NCBI GenBank assembly: GCA_963798915.1
Contig: CAWCVB010000006.1
Coordinates: forward strand, 128,001-192,000
Direction: 5' to 3'
Source of the DNA: an uncultured Gemmatimonadales bacterium
GTDB lineage: Bacteria > Gemmatimonadota > Gemmatimonadetes > Gemmatimonadales > GWC2-71-9
DNA length: 64,000 nucleotides
This document shows positions 55,820 through 64,000 of this stretch, in pieces; within the stretch, counting starts at the first letter, position 1, and every line of letters begins with the position of its first letter. The position numbers and the translations under genes are program-made. Below the pieces are notes generated by a model that saw only the letters and a list, made by a program, of their open reading frames with translations, was not told the origin of the DNA and did no database searches.

Positions 55820-56982
55820 CCTTCCTCGTGCTGCTTGAACCCGAAGACCCGGAGGGACGCTGGGAACCCTTCAGCGGCGCGCGGCCGGTTGCCGAGCTCC
55901 GGGCGGGGGCCTGGCGAATCAGGGAGCGCTGGGAGCAGGCCACCGGCCTCACGACGCGGGAGATCATCGGAAGCCGTGTGGCGGGCTTCGTCGATGTGGA
56001 CGCACCGCCGGTGCTGGCGCCGGGCTCGCTCGACGGAGACCAGATCCTTCTGGCCGCGTCCGACTTCGTCCCGGCCTCGGATCCGATCCTGCTCACGCCA
56101 TCGACGACGAGGCTCATGTGCAACGGGCGCGCGGCAGCGCGAGTCGTTCAAGGACCCGGCGCTGCACCCAGCCTGGAGTCCGATGCCGGCGAAACGCTGG
56201 AAATCGGCGGCTTGTGGCTGGGCGGAAGCCACGGACTGCTTGATGCGCTGGACGCTTTCCTGGCGGATGACTGCCTCCGCGCCGGCCACTCCGCCCCTCC
56301 CCCGTCCGGCGCCGTCATCATTGGCGATGCATCCTTGGTCAGGGCGGCCGCGGGTACCCTCGAGCCCGGGGTCGTGTTTGACGTTCGCCAGGGTGCGGTT
56401 GTCGTCAGCCCGGGCGCCGAGGTGCGGAGTGGTGCGCGTCTCGAGGGTCCGTGCTGGATTGGTGGTGGCGCACGTGTCGTGGGCGGATTCGTGCGCCGAA
56501 GCTGCATTGGTCCCCGATGCGTGGTCCGAGGGGAAGTGTCCAACAGCGTCTTTCTGGGCTACTCCAACAAGGCTCACGAGGGATTCGTGGGGCATTCGGT
56601 CCTGGGGCACTGGGTCAATCTGGGCGCGCTTACTACCACCTCCAACCTCAAGAACACCTACGGCACCGTGCGACTCGACACGCCCCGTGGTGCCTTCGAG
56701 ACCGGCCGACAGTTTCTCGGCAGTCTGATTGGCGACCATGCCAAGACGGCGATCGGCACCATGCTGGGCACGGGTACGGTCGTCGGCGCGGGGGCCAACG
56801 TCTTCGGCGACGCGCGGCCCCCGAGGTGGATCCCGCCGTTTGCCTGGGGCTCCTCGCCAGGCGAGCGCATGTCCAGGGATGGCTTTCTGACTGTTGCCCG
56901 TCGGGTGCTGCCTCGTCGCGAAGTCGAAGTCACACCCGCCCACGAGGAATGGCTCGCGGCGATGTACCAACGACTCGCATGA
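55816..56982 (+). CDS. GlmU-like putative sugar nucleotidyltransferase with hexapeptide repeats
   Basis: RPVAELRAG, NKAHEGFVGHS and TTSNLKNTY motifs. Confidence 0.85.
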   Translation: MTFLVLLEPEDPEGRWEPFSGARPVAELRAGAWRIRERWEQATGLTTREIIGSRVAGFVDVDAPPVLAPGSLDGDQILLAASDFVPASDPILLTPSTTRLMCNGRAAARVVQGPGAAPSLESDAGETLEIGGLWLGGSHGLLDALDAFLADDCLRAGHSAPPPSGAVIIGDASLVRAAAGTLEPGVVFDVRQGAVVVSPGAEVRSGARLEGPCWIGGGARVVGGFVRRSCIGPRCVVRGEVSNSVFLGYSNKAHEGFVGHSVLGHWVNLGALTTTSNLKNTYGTVRLDTPRGAFETGRQFLGSLIGDHAKTAIGTMLGTGTVVGAGANVFGDARPPRWIPPFAWGSSPGERMSRDGFLTVARRVLPRREVEVTPAHEEWLAAMYQRLA

Positions 56983-57779
56983 TTGCACTGCACATCCTGG
57001 GCTCCGGCTCGCGCGGAAACTGCTTCGTGGTGGAGTCGGAGGGCCAGCTGCTGCTGCTCGACGCGGGATTCAGCGCCCGGGAAACGGCTCGCCGTGCCGA
57101 GTTGGCCGGTCTCGCGCTTGAGGCCGCAGTTGGCATCGCGCTGACGCACGAGCACGGCGACCACGCCGGAGGCGCAATTCGACTCGCGCGCCGCCTGGGT
57201 CTTCCGATCGCGGCGAGCGACGGCACCTGGCACGCGCTGCGCAACAGCGATGGGGTGGAGCGCCGGCGGCTCAGTGGCGGGGAGGCCGCACAACTGGGCC
57301 AGTTCAGTATCGAATGCGCGTCGAGCAGTCACGATGCTGCCGAACCGGTGGCCATCGCCGTGACCTGTGCCGGTGGCACCCGCATTGCCTTGGCCCACGA
57401 CCTCGGCCGGCCAACTGCCGCGGTGCGACTCCTGCTGCGTGGCTGCCACGCGCTGGTGATCGAGGCCAATCACGACGAGGTGCTGCTGCGCAGCAGCGGT
57501 TACCCTGCGTCAGTTCAGCAACGCATTGCCGGCTCGGGCGGGCACCTGTCCAACGATGCGGCTGGCGACCTGATTTGTGATGTGCTGCACCAGGGGCTCG
57601 AACTGGTTGTCCTGGCACATCTCAGCGTGCGCTGTAATACCGCTGCGTGCGCTCGCGCCGCCATTGAGCCACGGCTCCTGGAGGAGGGTTTCCTGGGACA
57701 GCTGGTGATTGCGGAGCAGATGCCCGGGCACCGTCCCCTGCGGCTCGCGCGCGAAGGACTGGCGGGCACCAGTCGCTAG
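56979..57779 (+). CDS. MBL-fold metallohydrolase (YycJ/WalJ-like)
   Basis: LGSGSRGN, THEHGDH, EANHD, GHLSN and AHLS motifs; ATGA overlap. Confidence 0.9.
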   Translation: MIALHILGSGSRGNCFVVESEGQLLLLDAGFSARETARRAELAGLALEAAVGIALTHEHGDHAGGAIRLARRLGLPIAASDGTWHALRNSDGVERRRLSGGEAAQLGQFSIECASSSHDAAEPVAIAVTCAGGTRIALAHDLGRPTAAVRLLLRGCHALVIEANHDEVLLRSSGYPASVQQRIAGSGGHLSNDAAGDLICDVLHQGLELVVLAHLSVRCNTAACARAAIEPRLLEEGFLGQLVIAEQMPGHRPLRLAREGLAGTSR

Positions 57780-57816
57780 CCGAGGCGGGTAGCCCACTCG
57801 GCGCCTCCCGGATGGC

Positions 57817-57850
57817 AGAGCGGCGGAATTCCGTGGAATTCCGCCGCTCT
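57817..57850. terminator. Long perfect inverted repeat between convergent genes
   Basis: AGAGCGGCGGAATTCC-GT-GGAATTCCGCCGCTCT. Confidence 0.7.
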
Positions 57851-57866
57851 CTTCGTGTTCCTGGAC

Positions 57867-58241
57867 TCACGCGTCCGGATCTGGCGGCACCTCGACACCT
57901 GCAGGCCGTGGCGTGGCCTCCCCGACGCGCTTCAGGGTGATCGGCTTCTGCAGATCGCCGCCCGAAATGGTCAGTCGCGTCTTGCTGACGTCAAGACGGT
58001 AGGTCTCCCATTCGCCGCCCAGCGCCACCATGATCGAATCGTCCTTGAGCCGCCAGCGCGACGTTTCCTTGCCCCACGTCGCGCTCGAGTCGGCGCGAAT
58101 GATTACCTCGCGCGGTCCGCCGCGGGTGTCCAGCTTGGCCTCCACCCGCCATGTCCCTTCCACTGGCGCCGACTGTCCCAGCAGCGGCACAGGGGCAAGG
58201 ACAAAGAGCAGGGCGGCGGTCAGTTGAAGCGGGCGGTACAT
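57867..58241 (-). CDS. Small secreted beta-rich hypothetical protein (lipocalin-like pattern)
   Basis: GGAG SD, signal peptide, VEGTW...LTISG..LKR. Confidence 0.65.
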   Translation of the reverse strand: MYRPLQLTAALLFVLAPVPLLGQSAPVEGTWRVEAKLDTRGGPREVIIRADSSATWGKETSRWRLKDDSIMVALGGEWETYRLDVSKTRLTISGGDLQKPITLKRVGEATPRPAGVEVPPDPDA

Positions 58242-58410
58242 GCAATTCTCCAGGTGGAGCGTGATCGAGAGCCGGCGGAAGCGAGCGCCGCCGACATGGA
58301 AGGCAAGGCTCGTGCCGGGTGAATACGGAGCAAGCCTTGAGGCTTGGCCGGCGCAGTGGACGAGAGCCCGCGGCAAGACGAGATGATCGTCCGCCTGCGG
58401 CCCGAAACAG

Positions 58411-58531
58411 CACCGCTCCGGACCAGGTTGGGCCGGAGCGGTGGCGCTTCACTGACAGATCCCTCGCTGCGCTTGGGATACTGGACCCGCAGTGAACTTC
58501 CGCCTCGGGCGTTGCCCGGGCGGAAAGTTCA
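58411..58531 (-). terminator. Two hairpins downstream of groEL
   Basis: CACCGCTCCGG/CCGGAGCGGTG (58411-58443) and GAACTTCCGCC...GGCGGAAAGTTC (about 58494-58530). Confidence 0.6.
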
Positions 58532-58538
58532 GCCGGTC

Positions 58539-60170
<1,632 letters not shown>

Positions 60171-60199
60171 TGCCTGATGTCTCCTGTGGCGGTGAACGT

Positions 60200-60514
60200 T
60201 CAGCCGAGCTTGGCCAGAACGTCGGACGCCTTGATGATGATGACTTCGTCGCCATCGATGGTGAATGGGGTGCCGCTGTACTTGCCATAGATGACCTTGT
60301 CGCCCACTGCAAGGTCCATCGTGACGCGCGCACCCTTCTCGATGCGGCCGGGCCCGACGGCGAGCACTTCGCCCTGGGTCGGCTTTTCCTTGGCCGTATC
60401 GGGAATGTAGAGGCCACCACGCATCGTCTCGGCTTCGTCCGACGGCATGATGACCACCCGGTCCTCGAGCGGCTTGATCTTGATCTTGGGCTTGGACTTC
60501 GTACCCGCTGACAT
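60200..60514 (-). CDS. groS: Co-chaperonin GroES
   Basis: [20 protein letters not shown] and VGPG motifs. Confidence 0.98.
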   Translation of the reverse strand: MSAGTKSKPKIKIKPLEDRVVIMPSDEAETMRGGLYIPDTAKEKPTQGEVLAVGPGRIEKGARVTMDLAVGDKVIYGKYSGTPFTIDGDEVIIIKASDVLAKLG

Positions 60515-60563
60515 CGCGCCCTCCACGTCCTGTTGGGGTGTTAAGTGAAGTGCATCCAGGGAA

Positions 60564-60590
60564 TTAGCACTCTGGCAGCGAGAGTGCCAA
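60564..60590. promoter_or_regulatory. CIRCE element (HrcA operator)
   Basis: TTAGCACTC-N9-GAGTGCCAA, one mismatch to consensus, upstream of groES. Confidence 0.92.
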
Positions 60591-60601
60591 TGCTGAACCG
60601 T

Positions 60602-60629
60602 AAAGTAAGCCGCGCGGGGGCCCTGTCAA
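60602..60629 (-). promoter_or_regulatory. groESL promoter
   Basis: TTGACA-16 bp-TACTTT just upstream of CIRCE. Confidence 0.7.
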
Positions 60630-60865
60630 GCGCCCGTGCGCCCGCTGCCGGGCAAGTCGGGTGCCGGCCATCGGGAGCCATTGCGGCAGAAAATGCCCCC
60701 GCGGGACGTCCCGATGGCATGCTGAACTGCCGTTCTGACCGCGCGGAAACCGATTGGGGATGGCGTGCGTTCTAGACCTTGACTTTCGTGCGGGCACTGC
60801 TGACGTTGCCCGCGTTCCACTCGGCTGGCTCAGCCGGCCTGAATCTGATCACTGCAGGAGTCGGG

Positions 60866-61945
60866 ATGGGTATTACGCTCTCGCTGGTCACCGCCGTCGC
60901 GCTGGCATCCGCACCGATCGTTGGCGATACGGTCCCCCCGTCCAACCTCACCGTGACCGTCGATTCGTCGAAGCACCTGGTCACGATCCGCTCAGGCCCA
61001 TACAACCTGAAGCACATGCCGCCGATGGAGCACGGCATGATGGATATGGGCATGTCGCACGACACCCCGGTGCAGCATTTTGGCTGGCCGGTCCAAGGTT
61101 GGCTGCGTGGCTTCCGGGTCAGCCTGGCTGACGGCGAAGGTCACCCGGTGCCGAAGCACATCATGCATCACATGATCATGGTGAATTTCAGTCGGCGGCA
61201 ACTGGTCTACCATGCCTCCGAGCGTCTCTTCGGCGCAGGAACCGAAACCGGCGACGCCGAAGTCCCGGCGACCATCGGCATTCCGATGCGGCCGGGCATG
61301 GACCTCGGGGTCTATGTGGCCTGGCACAATGACACCGGCGAAGACCTGAACGACGTCTACTTCACCATCACGATGCCGTACCTGCCGGCCAACCAGAATC
61401 CGCGACCCAAGGATGCGCTTCCGATCTACATGGACGTGAACCTCACGGTCGGCGGCAGCAATACGTTCGATGTCCCGCCCGGCCGGTCGGAGCACAGCTA
61501 CGAATTCACGGTCCCGGTCGCGGGCCGCCTGCTGGGCGTGGGCGGACACCTTCACGACTATGGCCGCGAGGTGCGCCTTGAGGACGCAGAAACCGGCAAG
61601 GTGATCACACGGGTCAAGGGCGAGCTGGATGACGAGGGCCACATCGAGGGCGTCGGCCGGAAGCTCTTCGCGATCCGGGGAGCGGGTGTGCGGCTCAAGG
61701 CCGGCCATCGCTACCGCGTCGCGGGTGTGTACGACAATCCGAGCGACCGGACGATCGTCAATGGCGGGATGGCCCACATGGTAGGCCTCTTCGTTCCGGA
61801 TGACCTGGCGGCATGGCCGCCGATCGACCCTGACAATCCCGACTACCAGCGCGATCTGGCCGCCCTGCATGAACGCGGTGCGGGCGGGGCTGCTCATGAG
61901 GGCATGCAGCACGGGGAGGGATCGATGGGCCACGGCGGCCACTGA
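60866..61945 (+). CDS. Secreted His/Met-rich protein, PHM-like (copper type II monooxygenase) fold candidate
   Basis: AGGAG SD, signal peptide; HH, WHN, GGHLH and MAHM motifs. Confidence 0.55.
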   Translation: MGITLSLVTAVALASAPIVGDTVPPSNLTVTVDSSKHLVTIRSGPYNLKHMPPMEHGMMDMGMSHDTPVQHFGWPVQGWLRGFRVSLADGEGHPVPKHIMHHMIMVNFSRRQLVYHASERLFGAGTETGDAEVPATIGIPMRPGMDLGVYVAWHNDTGEDLNDVYFTITMPYLPANQNPRPKDALPIYMDVNLTVGGSNTFDVPPGRSEHSYEFTVPVAGRLLGVGGHLHDYGREVRLEDAETGKVITRVKGELDDEGHIEGVGRKLFAIRGAGVRLKAGHRYRVAGVYDNPSDRTIVNGGMAHMVGLFVPDDLAAWPPIDPDNPDYQRDLAALHERGAGGAAHEGMQHGEGSMGHGGH

Positions 61946-62023
61946 GCTCCGCCGCCAGACGCCGACGCCCCGGCCGTCAATCGACCGGGGCGTTGGGCTT
62001 CTCACACCGACGACGTATGCGCC

Positions 62024-63004
62024 TCAGGGCGTCGCAGGAACCACCCGTCGCACCCCGACCCATCGCTCGTACCACCACCGGCCGTTGGGGTCATCGACGC
62101 CAAGCCGCGAAATCTGGACGCCCTTGGATGCAGAGTGAATGAAGCGTCCGTCGCCCAGATACAGCCCCACATGCGTCACTCGAGTCCCCGTCTGTGCAAA
62201 GGTGAGGATGTCACCAGGCTTGAGTGAGGCCTCGGAGCGTGAAACAGCGGTTCCAGCGCGGGCTTGATCGCGGCTTCGGCGCGGAAGCGCGACGCCGGCC
62301 TCACCGTACGCGAACTGAATGAGTCCGGAGCAGTCGAATCCGTCCCTGCCCTGCCCGGTACCGCCATACTGGTATGGCGTGCCTATCTGCGCCTCCGCCA
62401 CCCGTAATACGTCAGAGACGATGACTTCGGCGCTCGAATGGGCACTCACGTCACCTCGCTCACTCACGGTCATGAGCGGGACCCTGCCGGCTCGGCCAGC
62501 CGCGGACGACGGCCGGGTCGTCGGCGCGGAAGGCGTCGAGCCGCCGAATCGGGAAGCGACGCGAAGCGACAACTCAATGCCGGCGCGACCGCTCGGCTCG
62601 AGGTCTCGCCAGCGGCCTTCCAGCCCGAATGAGAGAAAGGATGCCGGAATCAGTTCGTAGCCCAGTCCGGCCGACCAGCTGCGCCACTCATGCTCCGCAC
62701 CGCCGGCGCCAAATCCGCCGCTCACTCCACCTGCCGCATACAATCCGGCGCGTCCGCCGCGAAAGAGCGAGACGTCCGCAACCAGTCCGAGCCGCCGCTC
62801 TCCGGTGGCCGGACCACTCCAGAGCACTCCACCGAGGTCCGTCCCGATGGGGCCCAGCAGCGGCGTGGACCAACTTGCCTGCATCGATGAGAGCCCCTCA
62901 CCGTCGAACAGGCGGCCGGCCTGCACGGCCGGCCCCTGGCCGGCGGCCTGGTGCACACCAATCAGCATCGCGATGCCAACGAGCAGGCGGATCCGAGCGC
63001 GCAC
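62024..63004 (-). CDS. NlpC/P60 (C40) peptidase with N-terminal beta-barrel-like domain
   Basis: GTPYQYGG, FDCSG, HVGLY and FIHS motifs; signal peptide. Confidence 0.88.
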   Translation of the reverse strand: MRARIRLLVGIAMLIGVHQAAGQGPAVQAGRLFDGEGLSSMQASWSTPLLGPIGTDLGGVLWSGPATGERRLGLVADVSLFRGGRAGLYAAGGVSGGFGAGGAEHEWRSWSAGLGYELIPASFLSFGLEGRWRDLEPSGRAGIELSLRVASRFGGSTPSAPTTRPSSAAGRAGRVPLMTVSERGDVSAHSSAEVIVSDVLRVAEAQIGTPYQYGGTGQGRDGFDCSGLIQFAYGEAGVALPRRSRDQARAGTAVSRSEASLKPGDILTFAQTGTRVTHVGLYLGDGRFIHSASKGVQISRLGVDDPNGRWWYERWVGVRRVVPATP

Positions 63005-63390
63005 TATTTGCGCACCGGCGTGGGCTGTCCGGACCGCAGGTCAACGCGGTAGAGAGCGCCTGGCCGGCATTCCTGGAACAGGTGGACCAGAACGGTCGAA
63101 TCGGATTCCGGCACGGGCGCCTCCCCGGTGTAGAGCAGTGGAACGAGCCGGCGGGCCGAGTCCGAGCGGATCTCCAGGGCTCGCTCCTGGCATGCGACGC
63201 CAGCGGAGTCGTGTGCCTGCCGCGTCAGCGTAAACCAGAAGCTGTAGGGGCCCAGCGTGCCAACCATGGAGTCCTGGGAGGTCCGCTCTTTCGCCTCCGC
63301 CGAAACCAGAGCTGGCGGCTGCTTGGAACGCTCGCTCCCCCCGCACGAGAGCAACAACGCCGGCAGTAGCAAGAGCGGTGCCCGTATCAC
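63004..63390 (-). CDS. Hypothetical lipoprotein
   Basis: GTG start overlapping the upstream stop; LLLSC lipobox. Confidence 0.6.
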   Translation of the reverse strand: MIRAPLLLLPALLLSCGGSERSKQPPALVSAEAKERTSQDSMVGTLGPYSFWFTLTRQAHDSAGVACQERALEIRSDSARRLVPLLYTGEAPVPESDSTVLVHLFQECRPGALYRVDLRSGQPTPVRK

Positions 63391-63701
63391 TTGGAAGGAG
63401 TGGTCAGGTTTGCTTCCACCTTGTCCAGCAACGCCGCGGCCGTGTCCGGAACTCCCTCGGCGGTCACGGCGAGGGCGACCTGCAATTCCGGGGAACGTCG
63501 CAGAAGCCGCAACCATCCTAGCAATCCGCCAAATCCCGCGATGGCGCCCAGCAGCACCGAAAGCAGGAGGCCGCGCGTCGGATCGGACATGCGAGTCGCG
63601 ATCACCTCGCCTGCGACGCATCCAAAAAACGAAGCTGCCCACGCAATCACGGGCGTGAGCAGCCAGCCGAAGGCACGAAGGAAGACCCGGAACCACCGCA
63701 C
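63387..63701 (-). CDS. Hypothetical two-TM membrane protein
   Basis: MRWFRVFLRAFGWLLTP...; tightly packed in the operon. Confidence 0.6.
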   Translation of the reverse strand: MRWFRVFLRAFGWLLTPVIAWAASFFGCVAGEVIATRMSDPTRGLLLSVLLGAIAGFGGLLGWLRLLRRSPELQVALAVTAEGVPDTAAALLDKVEANLTTPSK

Positions 63702-63703
63702 GT

Positions 63704-64000
63704 CTAGCCGCTCCGGCGGCCCAGCGCCGTGAGGCCGGCAGCCAGGGCCAACCCTGGAATGAACGCCACGCCAAAAGTCCCGAGCGTCCAGCGTGCGCCC
63801 GGAAAGCCGATGAACACGCCAAGGACCGCGAGCCCCGCACCACACAGCAGGGCCGGCAGCATCACCCCCGCTATGGTAACCGACCGACCCCGCGCTGCCC
63901 GGCTCGCCAGCGTCATGGCGCCCATCCAGGGCAGGAAGGTGCCGAGTATCCACCAGACGGGATGATACCACCAGTTGCTGAAGCCACCGATCTCGGCCCA
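63704..64000 (-). CDS. Membrane protein, C-terminal part (5' partial)
   Basis: Frame open to the window edge; hydrophobic helices. Confidence 0.5.
   Translation of the reverse strand, partial: WAEIGGFSNWWYHPVWWILGTFLPWMGAMTLASRAARGRSVTIAGVMLPALLCGAGLAVLGVFIGFPGARWTLGTFGVAFIPGLALAAGLTALGRRSG

Noticed and set aside
57817..57850. Perfect palindrome as a mobile-element end
   Set aside because: Single copy between convergent genes with no transposase; a bidirectional terminator is the simpler explanation

Overview
High-GC bacterial chromosome segment, most likely Gemmatimonadota, judged from the 16S style and gene order by recognition rather than by search. It is mostly core genome: a complete minus-strand rRNA operon (16S-23S-5S, no spacer tRNAs, tandem promoters, two boxA sites), tRNA-Arg(UCU), tRNA-Pro(UGG), a tRNA-Sec(UCA), and long minus-strand runs (serS-HK-pcrA-gatCAB; murA-pgeF; nusA-L7Ae-infB-rbfA-truB-ribF-secDF-tatD-fhs-ridA-selC-murI; HEAT/cyclophilin-BamA-like-lptE-rph-rdgB; groESL with CIRCE). 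No integrase, transposase, prophage or CRISPR array was seen. Main oddities: (1) truB, a BamA-family gene and lptE appear to need CTG start codons; (2) rimP has decayed to a frameshifted remnant in front of nusA; (3) the tRNA-Sec has a broken anticodon stem, no sel genes in the window, and probably overlaps the start of the next CDS; (4) an octamer array behind tRNA-Pro, whose neighbouring 19-nt motif recurs between the rRNA promoters; (5) a one-base frameshift in a Ser/Thr kinase-propeller gene; (6) a Cys-to-Asp (fosfomycin-insensitive type) MurA; (7) a secreted PHM-like copper protein and a beta-barrel-NlpC/P60 fusion.
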